A stretch of 64,000 bases of DNA from a phage. Within the stretch, counting starts at the first letter, position 1. Every line of letters starts with the position of its first letter. The stretch lies in the NCBI GenBank assembly GCA_021525805.1, contig GCA_021525805.1_3940.1; one strand, 5' to 3'. The notes under the pieces were generated by a model. That model was given only the letters and a program-made list of their open reading frames with translations. It was not told the origin of the DNA and searched no databases. This document shows positions 24,454 to 42,440 of the stretch, in pieces. A program made the position numbers and the translations under genes.

Positions 24454-24831
24454 ATGGCATATCAAGGTTTTACTAAGTTAGGTAACAGAGAACCTCTGAA
24501 TGATATCATTCTTTGGGAACAGATTACCCCAACAGGCCACTCTCGCAAAGAGTACACTCCACAAGCTTCAACAGAATACCGTGTGGGTGAAGTCCTGAAA
24601 GCAGATGGTACTAAAGTTGCAGCAGGAGAAGAGACTCAGGCTGACTCTGTATGTATCGTTAACTTCTATGCAGACCTGCAACTGTCTTATCATGGTCAGT
24701 TGAAAGTGGTTGGTATCCACCGTGATGCAGAACTGAAAGACATGCTTAAACTTGAATCCGGTGTTAATGCTGAGAACGTCAAGAAAGCTCTGGCTGCTAA
24801 AGGTATTGATTTCGTACCAACTGGCCTGTAA
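24454..24831 (+). CDS. putative head decoration protein
   Basis: 125-aa ORF directly upstream of major capsid gene (lambda D/E-like arrangement). Confidence 0.45.
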   Translation: MAYQGFTKLGNREPLNDIILWEQITPTGHSRKEYTPQASTEYRVGEVLKADGTKVAAGEETQADSVCIVNFYADLQLSYHGQLKVVGIHRDAELKDMLKLESGVNAENVKKALAAKGIDFVPTGL

Positions 24832-24864
24832 TAACAATAATAAGACATTCTGGAGAATTTTACA

Positions 24865-25971
24865 ATGTTGACTAATTCTGAAAAAAGCAGATTTTTCCTT
24901 GCTGACCTGACTGGTGAAGTCCAGTCTATCCCAAATACTTATGGGTATATTTCCAACTTAGGTCTGTTCCGTTCAGCGCCAATCACCCAAACCACTTTCC
25001 TTATGGACTTGACTGATTGGGATGTTAGCTTGCTTGATGCGGTAGACCGTGATAGCCGTAAAGCAGAGACTAGCGCACCTGAGCGTGTTCGTCAAATCAG
25101 CTTCCCAATGATGTACTTCAAAGAAGTTGAAAGCATTACTCCTGATGAGATTCAGGGTGTACGTCAGCCAGGCACTGCAAACGAACTGACTACTGAAGCT
25201 GTAGTACGTGCTAAGAAGCTGATGAAGATTCGTACCAAGTTCGATATTACTCGTGAGTTCCTGTTTATGCAAGCTCTGAAGGGTAAAGTTGTTGATGCTC
25301 GTGGTACTCTGTACGCTGACCTGTACAAGCAGTTCGACGTTGAGAAGAAGACTGTTTACTTCGACCTTGCCAACCCTAATGCTGACATCGACGCTTCTAT
25401 CGAAGAACTGCGTATGCACATGGAAGACGAAGCTAAGACTGGCACTGTAATCAACGGCGAAGAAATTCACGTAGTTGTTGACCGTGTATTCTTCAGCAAA
25501 CTGGTTAAGCATCCTAAGATTCGTGACGCTTATCTTGCACAGCAGACTCCGCTGGCTTGGCAACAGATTACTGGTTCTCTGAGAACTGGTGGTACTGACG
25601 GCGTTCAGGCTCATATGAACACCTTCTACTACGGTGGTGTTAAGTTTGTCCAGTACAACGGTAAGTTCAAAGACAAGCGTGGTAAGGTTCACACTCTGGT
25701 GGGCATTGATGATGTAGCAGCAACTGTTGGTGTTGGTCATGCCTTCCCTAACGTATCTATGCTGGGTGAAGCTAACAACATCTTCGAAGTGGCATATGGC
25801 CCATGTCCTAAGATGGGTTATGCAAATACACTTGGTCAGGAACTGTACGTATTTGAATACGAAAAAGACCGTGACGAAGGTATTGACTTCGAAGCTCACT
25901 CTTACATGCTGCCATACTGTACTCGTCCTCAGTTGCTGGTAGATGTTCGCGCTGACGCTCAAGGTGGCTAA
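24865..25971 (+). CDS. major capsid protein
   Basis: 368 aa; position after protease and decoration gene. Confidence 0.7.
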   Translation: MLTNSEKSRFFLADLTGEVQSIPNTYGYISNLGLFRSAPITQTTFLMDLTDWDVSLLDAVDRDSRKAETSAPERVRQISFPMMYFKEVESITPDEIQGVRQPGTANELTTEAVVRAKKLMKIRTKFDITREFLFMQALKGKVVDARGTLYADLYKQFDVEKKTVYFDLANPNADIDASIEELRMHMEDEAKTGTVINGEEIHVVVDRVFFSKLVKHPKIRDAYLAQQTPLAWQQITGSLRTGGTDGVQAHMNTFYYGGVKFVQYNGKFKDKRGKVHTLVGIDDVAATVGVGHAFPNVSMLGEANNIFEVAYGPCPKMGYANTLGQELYVFEYEKDRDEGIDFEAHSYMLPYCTRPQLLVDVRADAQGG

Positions 25972-25991
25972 TAAACTTAGGAGGGTTATAA

Positions 25992-26441
25992 ATGTGTTAT
26001 ACAGGCGACCCAGCCAATAACCCTCTTGATAGAGTAAGAATCCTCTGCACAGACACTAATAATGATGAAATTCTTATTGAGCAGTCTGTGCTAGAGTGGT
26101 TCTATCTAGAATCTGGAAAGGATGAAAAGAAAGCAGCCATCAAAGCTCTTAAATATTTACTCTTTCAAGTAGCCAAGATGGGAGATGAGAAGGTTGGTGG
26201 TGTTTATTTACGTAACTCTTCCAGATTCAAATCTCTGAAAGCTGTTTATGACGACCTTGTTAAAAGCTCTGTTTCAGGACTACCCTATGCAGGTGGTATT
26301 AATCAGTGCGACATTGATATGCGTCGTCAAAATCCTTGCTCTGTCAAGAAATACACAGAATATGGTGATGCTGCCAGATACGAAGGCAGAGATTACTGCA
26401 ACCGTGTTAATGGCGTATTTATTATCAAGCGAGATGAATAA
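25992..26441 (+). CDS. putative head-tail connector/head completion protein
   Basis: 149 aa; position. Confidence 0.4.
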   Translation: MCYTGDPANNPLDRVRILCTDTNNDEILIEQSVLEWFYLESGKDEKKAAIKALKYLLFQVAKMGDEKVGGVYLRNSSRFKSLKAVYDDLVKSSVSGLPYAGGINQCDIDMRRQNPCSVKKYTEYGDAARYEGRDYCNRVNGVFIIKRDE

Positions 26442-26923
26442 TGGTTAAAAGGGTTATTCACCCCGCGAGAGCAAAATTAGTCGGGGCTATGAAGAACTTG
26501 CAAACGGCTAATGCTCAAGTTGGGTATTTTCAAGAACAAGGTCAACATAGCTCTGGTTTTTCTTATCCTGCTTTAATGTATTTACAAGAAGTTATTGGGG
26601 TTCCTTCAGCTTCTGGTAAAGTATATCGTAGGTTGTTTGAAATCACTATGATGCTAAACAAACAGGCCTTGTTAGAGCAGACTAAGAAGAATCTATATAA
26701 GCAACTTAGCAGTCTCAACACAGACCCTTCAAATACCTTAGAAGCATTTGCAAAGAATGCTCAAAAGGCAATTAAAAGGGGTTTTGGTAACTCTGCTATC
26801 CTCCCTCCTAACGCACCTTCCACAGTCAAGAAAAAAGGCTTTAACGCACCTCTTGTTGAGACAGGTGACTTAAGAGATAACCTTGCTTATAAAATTTCTA
26901 CTAAGAAGGGTATTAAGAAATGA
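26441..26923 (+). CDS. putative head-tail joining protein
   Basis: 160 aa; position. Confidence 0.4.
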   Translation: MVKRVIHPARAKLVGAMKNLQTANAQVGYFQEQGQHSSGFSYPALMYLQEVIGVPSASGKVYRRLFEITMMLNKQALLEQTKKNLYKQLSSLNTDPSNTLEAFAKNAQKAIKRGFGNSAILPPNAPSTVKKKGFNAPLVETGDLRDNLAYKISTKKGIKK

Positions 26924-27321
26924 GACTCTTAAACAGACACAGCTTTGTAGTAAAGCGTAAAGTCTCTGAAGACGGTTATTATAATGATGATGGTGATTGG
27001 GTAGCTTCACAAGATATTGTAGAGGTTAACTGTAAAGGTAATATCCAGCCATATATCAAAGGTTCTGTAAAGAATGGTACACAGATTGCTTTACCGGAAG
27101 GTATCAGGCTTACCGATACAAGAATCCTGTATACTACATATAAACTTAGGACTTCAGATGATGTAGAGTGGAATGAGTCTGATATTGTTATGATTGATGG
27201 TCATGAGTATGAAGTATTTATGACTATGGATTGGTCACAGCAATTAGCCCATACGTCCCATTATGAATATATCATTATTAGAAGGGATAAAATGAATGCA
27301 GTTAGAAACAGCAGAACTTGA
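26920..27321 (+). CDS. putative tail completion/neck protein
   Basis: 133 aa; 4-nt overlap with upstream gene. Confidence 0.4.
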   Translation: MRLLNRHSFVVKRKVSEDGYYNDDGDWVASQDIVEVNCKGNIQPYIKGSVKNGTQIALPEGIRLTDTRILYTTYKLRTSDDVEWNESDIVMIDGHEYEVFMTMDWSQQLAHTSHYEYIIIRRDKMNAVRNSRT

Positions 27322-27895
27322 AAAAGGTCTAGTTAGAACCTTAGTGGGTGTTATTGGTCACAGACTAGCTCGTGATAAAAATAATAGACCAAATGTAATT
27401 AGAGCTTACCCTTCTGATAACTCAAATGACAAAGGTTTAAAACCTGACCAACCATTTATTACCGTATATTGTCAAGATGCTGCAACCCCTTATGGTTGGG
27501 TTCTTGATAAGTTTGTTGAGGATGATGTAGTTTGCTACAGAATTGCTTTTCAGATTCCTGTACTAATTACGGTGAATGGTAAAGGTGCTCACAGCATCAT
27601 GCTTGAGCTTAAACAACGATTAGAGATGAGTTCAGTCAGAGATTTAATTCTTGAAGAGACAGGAGCTACAGTTCTAGATACTGGAGCTATCCCAAATGAC
27701 TATACTTATCTTAATACAGATTTCGAAAATTCTGCACCTCTTGTTGTAACTCTTGTAAAAAATTCAGTCCTGAAAGATGAACGTGGAAGTATTATTGAGC
27801 GTGTCATTGTTGATGGTGAATTGGTTTACGAAGAAGGACAAGAGCCACCAGAATATACTATCCATCTAGATGTAGACTCCAAAGGGGTAAAATAA
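27296..27895 (+). CDS. putative tail terminator/neck protein
   Basis: 199 aa; position. Confidence 0.4.
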   Translation: MQLETAELEKGLVRTLVGVIGHRLARDKNNRPNVIRAYPSDNSNDKGLKPDQPFITVYCQDAATPYGWVLDKFVEDDVVCYRIAFQIPVLITVNGKGAHSIMLELKQRLEMSSVRDLILEETGATVLDTGAIPNDYTYLNTDFENSAPLVVTLVKNSVLKDERGSIIERVIVDGELVYEEGQEPPEYTIHLDVDSKGVK

Positions 27896-29248
27896 ATGTG
27901 GAATCCAATTGTTAATGTAGATATTACATTGAACACCGCAGGAACTACAAGAGAAGGTTTTGGGCTGCCACTATTTTTAGCTTCAACAGATAATTTTGAA
28001 GAAAGGGTGCGTGGCTACACTTCCTTAACTGAAGTTGCTGAAGATTTCGATGAAAGGTCTGCTGCATATAAGGCTGCTAAACAACTTTGGAGTCAGACTC
28101 CTAAAGTAACTCAGCTTTATATTGGGAGACGCGCTATGCAGTACACTGTATCAATTCCTGATGAGGTTACTGAGAGCACAGATTATTCTTTAACTGTAGC
28201 TGTGAGCGGTGGAGTTTCTCAACCATTCCAGTATACAGCACAGACATCAGATACCGCTGAGAAAGTGCTACAGCAGTTCAAAACACAGATTGAAGCTGAC
28301 CCAACAATTAAAGATAAGGTCACTGTGAATGTAACTGGTAGTGCTGGTTCTGCCACAATGATTATTACCAAAGCTGGTGATAATGACTTTGTGAAAGTAA
28401 CAACCACAGCACAGACTGTATATATTGCAAGTACAACTGCCGATACAGCATCAACTGCTCTGGCAGCCATTGAAGCTTATTCTACTGACTGGTATTTCAT
28501 TGCAGCAGAAGATAGGACTCAACAGTTTGTCTTAGCAATGGCTTCTGAGATTCAGGCTCGCAAGAAAATCTTCTTTACAGCTAACTCCGATGTAACAGCC
28601 CTGCAAGGTACAGAATTAGCCAGTGCAAATGATGTTCCAGCACAGCTTGCTAAGAATATGTACACTCGTACAATTTGCTTGTGGCATCACACAGCAGCAG
28701 AAGATTACCCAGAGATGGCATACATTGCTTATGGTGCTCCATATGATGCAGGTTCAATTGCTTGGGGTAATGCTCAGCTAACTGGTGTAGCAGCTTCTCT
28801 ACAACCATCTAATAAGAGACCTCTGACAAGTATCCAGAAGTCAGCTTTAGATGCACGTCACTGTAACTTTATTGACCTTGATGGTGGTGTTCCAGTGGTT
28901 CGTAGAGGGATTACTTCTGGTGGGGAATGGATTGATATCGTCCGTGGTGTTGACTGGTTAGAATCAGACCTGAAAACTTCTCTGAGAGACTTGCTAATTA
29001 ACCAGAAGGGTGGTAAGATTACTTATGATGATACTGGTATTACCCGTATTCGTCAAGTCATTGAAACCTCTCTGCAAAGAGCAGTCAACAGAAACTTCCT
29101 GTCATCTTACACAGTTAATGTTCCTAAAGCCTCTCAAGTTGCTTTAGCAGACAAGAAAGCTCGTATCCTGAAAGACGTTACCTTCGCAGGTATCTTAGCA
29201 GGTGCTATCTTGGATGTTGACTTGAAAGGTACAGTGGCTTACGAATAA
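27896..29248 (+). CDS. putative tail sheath protein
   Basis: 450 aa, followed by 148-aa tube-like gene, two chaperone-like ORFs and tape measure (myovirus-type order). Confidence 0.5.
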   Translation: MWNPIVNVDITLNTAGTTREGFGLPLFLASTDNFEERVRGYTSLTEVAEDFDERSAAYKAAKQLWSQTPKVTQLYIGRRAMQYTVSIPDEVTESTDYSLTVAVSGGVSQPFQYTAQTSDTAEKVLQQFKTQIEADPTIKDKVTVNVTGSAGSATMIITKAGDNDFVKVTTTAQTVYIASTTADTASTALAAIEAYSTDWYFIAAEDRTQQFVLAMASEIQARKKIFFTANSDVTALQGTELASANDVPAQLAKNMYTRTICLWHHTAAEDYPEMAYIAYGAPYDAGSIAWGNAQLTGVAASLQPSNKRPLTSIQKSALDARHCNFIDLDGGVPVVRRGITSGGEWIDIVRGVDWLESDLKTSLRDLLINQKGGKITYDDTGITRIRQVIETSLQRAVNRNFLSSYTVNVPKASQVALADKKARILKDVTFAGILAGAILDVDLKGTVAYE

Positions 29249-29263
29249 TAGAGGTAAATTGGA

Positions 29264-29710
29264 ATGGCTATGTATCAGCAATATTCCCCTAAAGACGTTG
29301 TATGTAGCTGGAACGGCATTGCTATTGAAGGCTTTGCCCCAGACTCATTCTTGCGTCTACAGAGAACATCACCACTTATTACACCAGTTGTTGGTGCAGG
29401 TGGTCAAGTTGCTCTGACAAGAAATGCAGACAAGACAGGTACTATTGAGATTGAGCTAATGCAGACTTCTCTCTCTAACCAGATGCTTTCTGCAATTCAA
29501 GCTAAACAAGACAATATGGAACTTGAAGAAGATATCTCTTCTAACTTCGTAATCTACGACCCATCAGGCTCTGTTCTGGCAACTGGTATTAACGCTTGGT
29601 TGCAGGAGTTACCACAGATTGAACTTGGTCGTGACCAGAACTCTAAAACTTGGATTTTTGGTTGTGAGAAGTTAGACTACACTTCTACAATTCCAGCGTC
29701 AAGTGTTTAA
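29264..29710 (+). CDS. putative tail tube protein
   Basis: 148 aa; position between sheath-like gene and chaperones. Confidence 0.5.
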   Translation: MAMYQQYSPKDVVCSWNGIAIEGFAPDSFLRLQRTSPLITPVVGAGGQVALTRNADKTGTIEIELMQTSLSNQMLSAIQAKQDNMELEEDISSNFVIYDPSGSVLATGINAWLQELPQIELGRDQNSKTWIFGCEKLDYTSTIPASSV

Positions 29711-29721
29711 TAAATCCTATA

Positions 29722-29756
29722 AGGGGGAGACTTTAAAAGGTCTTCCCCTTTTTTGT
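29722..29756 (+). terminator. putative rho-independent terminator
   Basis: GGGGGAGAC-TTTAAAAG-GTCTTCCCC followed by TTTTTT. Confidence 0.6.
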
Positions 29757-29783
29757 TTCTTTTAAAAGTATTAAGGAATCACA

Positions 29784-30182
29784 ATGAAAACAGAATCTAG
29801 AGTAATTAATGGTAAGAAAGTAAATATCATTCTGCTTGGGGCAAGAGACGGTATTAAGATGTCTATGAAGTTGGGTAAAATTGTTGTCCCAACTTTTGCA
29901 CAGATGCTGTCAAGTCTGACTGATAAAGATAAGAAAGAGGCTCCAATGGTTCCATTTAAAGAGCTTGTTGAAGCTTGTTTTGACAGAATTGAAGAAATTA
30001 ACCTTGAAGAGATGGCTACCTTATTATTTCAAGGGGCAACTGTTGACGACTTCCCACTTAATATTGATACGTACTTCCAAGCAAACTACGGTGAGTTTGT
30101 TGATTACTTAGTATTTGCGCTGGAGGCAAACTTCGGAAGTTTTTTCGAAGCAAGCATTTTCAAAAGCCTAACTTCTCAGTAA
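29784..30182 (+). CDS. putative tail assembly chaperone
   Basis: 132 aa immediately upstream of tape measure. Confidence 0.45.
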   Translation: MKTESRVINGKKVNIILLGARDGIKMSMKLGKIVVPTFAQMLSSLTDKDKKEAPMVPFKELVEACFDRIEEINLEEMATLLFQGATVDDFPLNIDTYFQANYGEFVDYLVFALEANFGSFFEASIFKSLTSQ

Positions 30183-30184
30183 AC

Positions 30185-30423
30185 ATGGGTAACACTCTAC
30201 AGACACCACTAACTGATGCTGCTGTAGAGGCAACCTATGAAGAAGCAGACGAGATGAAATTTGTGCTTGCTATTTATGGTATGGAAGGGTGTAAAGAAAC
30301 ACTTGACCAACTCTTTGCTATGACATTCTCTGATTTATTATCATTGAGACAATTTCTTGAAATTCAGAGGTCGTATAAAGAGGAAATTGCTTACAACGAA
30401 CTTAGAAGAGCAGGAAAAATGTA

Positions 30424-30424
<1 letters not shown>
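30185..30424 (+). CDS. putative tail assembly chaperone (second)
   Basis: 79 aa; position. Confidence 0.4.
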
Positions 30425-38422
<7,998 letters not shown>

Positions 38423-38424
38423 TA

Positions 38425-39591
38425 ATGGCAGTAGGTGAAATTCAAATTAGTGCCTTGCCTCAAGCAGCCTTACCAATTGACCTTAGTGATATCTTCCATC
38501 TTAAGCAGGGTATTGAGGATAAGAGATGTACTCTTGAGCAACTACTTGCTCCACACTCAAGCCTAAGAAATAACCCTCATGGTGTTACTAAGACACAAAT
38601 TGGTTTAGATAACGTTATTAATGCTCTCCAGTTAGTTGCTGAAAATAACTTATCAGATATTGTTAATGTAGCTGAGGCAAGAGCAAATCTACAGATTATG
38701 TCTTCAGAAGAGGTTAATAATCTTATCCAACAACATATTAATGATAAGAGTAACCCACACAATACAACTAAGGCGCAGGTTGGTTTAAGTAATGTCCAGA
38801 ACTGGACAACATCTAACCTTTATAATGAAGATGCAGATAAGTATGCTACAGCAAGAGCAGTAAATAACTTGTACAAGGCTGTTCAGGCTTCTTATCCAGT
38901 AGGTACTATCCATCTCTCTATGAATCCTGCAAACCCCTCTACATATTTAATTTGTGGAGGTACTTGGGAGTTAGTTTCAAAAGGAAGAGCACTTGTAGGT
39001 TATGATAGTGCTTCTAGGCCAGTTGGTTCAACGTTTGGTTCGCAGACTACTGCACTGACAGTTAACAACATTCCTGCACATACTCACTCAGTATACGTCA
39101 CTGGTGGTGGTCACACACATGGTGCAACAATGTCTATTAGTTCCTTTGATTATGGTACTAAGACAACATCTAGCTTTGACTATGGAACTAAAACCACTAA
39201 CACGACTGGTGCTCACACCCACTCAGTGAGTGGCTCAACGAACACAACGGGTGCACATACACATGGTTATATTACTGGTTATCAATCAACAGGTGCATCT
39301 GGAGATTGGGACAGGGATGGTCACAGAAATACCGTACAAACGGATAGTGCTGGGAATCACTCACACTCAGTAAGTGGTACTGCTGCATCAAATGGTGACC
39401 ATGCTCACACTTTAAATATTGGTTCACACACCCATGTAATTAATATTGGTTCACACACTCACAGTGGCAGTGTGAGTATTTCAACAACAGAGCACTCACA
39501 CTCTGGTACAACTGGTTCTACAGGTTCTGGACAAGCATTCAGTATTGAACAACCGTCCTTTGTCCTGTATGTATGGCAGAGAACAGCTTAA
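38425..39591 (+). CDS. tail fibre protein with His-rich (HxH) C-terminal tip domain
   Basis: 388 aa; C-terminal motifs HTHSVYVTGGGHTHG, AHTHSVSG, NHSHSVSG, IGSHTHVINIGSHTHSG; shares two identical DNA blocks with the next fibre gene. Confidence 0.7.
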   Translation: MAVGEIQISALPQAALPIDLSDIFHLKQGIEDKRCTLEQLLAPHSSLRNNPHGVTKTQIGLDNVINALQLVAENNLSDIVNVAEARANLQIMSSEEVNNLIQQHINDKSNPHNTTKAQVGLSNVQNWTTSNLYNEDADKYATARAVNNLYKAVQASYPVGTIHLSMNPANPSTYLICGGTWELVSKGRALVGYDSASRPVGSTFGSQTTALTVNNIPAHTHSVYVTGGGHTHGATMSISSFDYGTKTTSSFDYGTKTTNTTGAHTHSVSGSTNTTGAHTHGYITGYQSTGASGDWDRDGHRNTVQTDSAGNHSHSVSGTAASNGDHAHTLNIGSHTHVINIGSHTHSGSVSISTTEHSHSGTTGSTGSGQAFSIEQPSFVLYVWQRTA

Positions 39592-39599
39592 TTTCTTTA

Positions 39600-39622
39600 C
39601 AGGGGCTTTATAGCCCCTTTTA
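39600..39622 (+). terminator. putative rho-independent terminator
   Basis: GGGGCT-TTAT-AGCCCC followed by TTTT. Confidence 0.6.
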
Positions 39623-39637
39623 AGAGGAAAATTTATA

Positions 39638-42166
39638 ATGGCAGATTACAAGTTGAGTGAATTAAACTCAATCGATACAGTTCGTTCAGACGACCTTCTT
39701 CATATCAGGGTTAAAAAGAGACCTGAAATGCTTGGTGATGAAGACCGCCGAATGACCTATCAAGATTTCTTAGCATCTTTTAAACTAGAAAGGTTTGTTC
39801 AGATTGCTGGTAGCACTATGACGGGTGACTTAGGAATTGTTAAGTTACTTTATGGTGGCAAGGTAGTCTTTGACCCTACAGGCTCTTCTGAGATTACTAT
39901 GGGGGATGTTTTAAAGACTTTTAAAATTAATGCAAATGGTCTTAAACTAACTATTGCAGATGCTTCAAGGTCTGCAACTGTTTATCATACTCTTAATAAG
40001 CCAAGTCCTAATGAGCTTGGAATGAGAACCAATGAAGAGAACGATGCAAGATATGCAAGGCTTGCTGTAACAAACACATTCTCTAGAAATCAGCACATTC
40101 AAAGTGATGGTAACGCACTTCGCCTTAGAAACCAGATTGCAAATAATGCACAATACATTGAGGGTGTAAACCTAGATGGCTCAGCTAGATGGTGGGTTGG
40201 TATTGGTAGCAATGGCGATGATGCAGTAAGCTTGTATAACAACAAATACAACTCAGCAGTGACTGTTGCAAGCAATATCTCTGTTAATAAGTCTTTAGCA
40301 ATTACTGGTCAAGTTCAGCCTTCTGACTTCTCTAACTTAGATGCTAGATACTTTACTCAGACAGCAGCTAATCAGAGATTTGCGCAGCTAGTTGGTAATA
40401 ACACCTTCAGTGGTTTAAACACATTCAGTAATAATGTCAATGTGAACTCTGATGGTGCTGCTATCATTCTAAAAAATAAAACGGTCAATGAGACTCTGTT
40501 CATCCTAGCAAAGGACAGTGAAAACAATAATTTGTGGTATATTGGTAAAGGTGATGTAACCTCTAATATCACAATTTATGATTACAAGGGGGACACTTCC
40601 ATTAAATTAAACGCGTCTGGTGTAACATTTAGTAAGACTGTCAAAATCACTGGTCAAGTACAACCTTCTGACTGGACTAACATTGATTCTAGATACATTC
40701 CAGCAGCTACTTTGAATAATCTTCCTAAACTTAATGTGTCTAATACTTTCACAAATACACAGACTATTGTTGCTAACAATGAAGGGTTGATTGTTAAGAA
40801 TTTGACACAAAATCAACCTTTGTATATCCGTGGCGTGGATACTGCGAATGTGTCTAGGTGGTGGTTAGGTGTAGGTGGCCCAGATTCTACTGATGTATCC
40901 TTAAACAACAGTTTCTCTGGGACTCAAATTACTCTTTCAAGGTCATTAATTACGGCTAACAAGAACTTTGCTATTACTGGTCAAGTTCAACCTTCTGATT
41001 GGTCTAACATCGATGAGAGATACTATAACAAATCATCCGCTGATAACCGGTATCTGAGAGTAAGGAGCACTGGATTCAATACTGGTGGTGCTGGTAAATG
41101 GGCTAAGATTGCTACTGTCAGTATGCCGCAAGCCACATCAACAGCGGTGATTGAACTTTTTGGGGGGGCTGGATTTAACTTTGGCTCAGTTGACCAAGCC
41201 TGTAAAACAGAAATTGTTCTTAGGACAGGGAATGGTGACCCAAAAGGCTTAAATGTTGTTGCATGGAAAAACTCACCGAATACTGTTGTAAGTCAAATTG
41301 GGTATGTTAATACCTCTGGTGATAACTATGACATCTATTGCGCAGTTGGCAACTATCAAAACGCTACGACAGCTAGGGTTCAGTCATCATCTAATGCAAC
41401 AGTACAACTGTTTGAGTTTCCAGAGACATCTGACAACGCCCCATCTGATTATGTTGCTGGCACAATTGCTTACTATTACACTAGTCTCTTGAAGCCAAGC
41501 CCTTCAGATATTGGTGCATACACTAAAGCAGAAACTGACCAGAAGATTGCACAGGCAGTAAGTGACTCTACAGACCTTAATAAAATCTACCCAGTAGGTA
41601 TTGTAACGTGGTTTAACAGTAATGTTAACCCTAATACAGCACTGCCTGGTCTAACTTGGACGTATCTGAACAACGGTGTTGGTAGAACTATCAGAATTGC
41701 AGCAGCAAATGGTTCAGATGTTGCTACAACTGGTGGTTCAGATTCTGTGACGTTAGCTGTTGGGAACTTGCCTTCACACACTCACAGTTTTTCTGCTACC
41801 ACTTCATCTTTTGACTACGGAACAAAAAACACTAACACGACTGGTGCTCACACCCACTCAGTGAGTGGCTCAACGAACACAACGGGTGCACATACACATG
41901 GTTATACTACTGGTGCGCAACCAAGTGGTACAAGGGGTGATTGGGACAGGGATGGTCACAGAAATACCGTACAAACGGATAGTGCTGGGAATCACTCACA
42001 CTCAGTAAGTGGTACTGCTGCATCAAATGGTGACCATGCTCACAGTGTTGGTATTGGTGCTCACAGCCATACAGTGAGTGGTAACACTGGAAGTACAGGT
42101 TCTGGTTCAGCATTTAGTGTAACTAACCAGTTCTATAAGTTAATGGCTTGGGTGAGAACTGCTTAA
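39638..42166 (+). CDS. long tail fibre protein with internal tandem repeats and His-rich C-terminal tip domain
   Basis: 842 aa; three copies of ITGQVQPSD(F/W)(S/T)N(L/I)D.RY motif about 110 aa apart; C-terminal HxH-rich block identical to that of fibre 38425..39591. Confidence 0.75.
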   Translation: MADYKLSELNSIDTVRSDDLLHIRVKKRPEMLGDEDRRMTYQDFLASFKLERFVQIAGSTMTGDLGIVKLLYGGKVVFDPTGSSEITMGDVLKTFKINANGLKLTIADASRSATVYHTLNKPSPNELGMRTNEENDARYARLAVTNTFSRNQHIQSDGNALRLRNQIANNAQYIEGVNLDGSARWWVGIGSNGDDAVSLYNNKYNSAVTVASNISVNKSLAITGQVQPSDFSNLDARYFTQTAANQRFAQLVGNNTFSGLNTFSNNVNVNSDGAAIILKNKTVNETLFILAKDSENNNLWYIGKGDVTSNITIYDYKGDTSIKLNASGVTFSKTVKITGQVQPSDWTNIDSRYIPAATLNNLPKLNVSNTFTNTQTIVANNEGLIVKNLTQNQPLYIRGVDTANVSRWWLGVGGPDSTDVSLNNSFSGTQITLSRSLITANKNFAITGQVQPSDWSNIDERYYNKSSADNRYLRVRSTGFNTGGAGKWAKIATVSMPQATSTAVIELFGGAGFNFGSVDQACKTEIVLRTGNGDPKGLNVVAWKNSPNTVVSQIGYVNTSGDNYDIYCAVGNYQNATTARVQSSSNATVQLFEFPETSDNAPSDYVAGTIAYYYTSLLKPSPSDIGAYTKAETDQKIAQAVSDSTDLNKIYPVGIVTWFNSNVNPNTALPGLTWTYLNNGVGRTIRIAAANGSDVATTGGSDSVTLAVGNLPSHTHSFSATTSSFDYGTKNTNTTGAHTHSVSGSTNTTGAHTHGYTTGAQPSGTRGDWDRDGHRNTVQTDSAGNHSHSVSGTAASNGDHAHSVGIGAHSHTVSGNTGSTGSGSAFSVTNQFYKLMAWVRTA

Positions 42167-42245
42167 TCCCTTATTGACTGATTGTTAAGATGGTGTTAAT
42201 ATTCTTTATGGGTATTCTCACCATCTTGGCTGATGAGGTGATTAA

Positions 42246-42440
42246 ATGCCTACAATCCTAGCAATTCTTCTAAAAAATCTAGGTAGCTTCTTCTGGAAAC
42301 TCATTTTATCCCTTCTAAGTGAATACATGATTGAGAAAGTGTTCTTTAGGCTTGCAAGATACCTTGCGAGTAAAACAGACACACCTATTGATGATGAGTT
42401 CGTAGATAACTTAGAAAAAGCTTTTAAGGGGGAGAAATAA
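42246..42440 (+). CDS. hypothetical small membrane protein
   Basis: 64 aa, hydrophobic N-terminus. Confidence 0.4.
   Translation: MPTILAILLKNLGSFFWKLILSLLSEYMIEKVFFRLARYLASKTDTPIDDEFVDNLEKAFKGEK

Noticed and set aside
24973-25962. 329-aa minus-strand ORF
   Set aside because: Lies entirely antisense within the major capsid gene; low-complexity translation; no RBS context. Shadow ORF.
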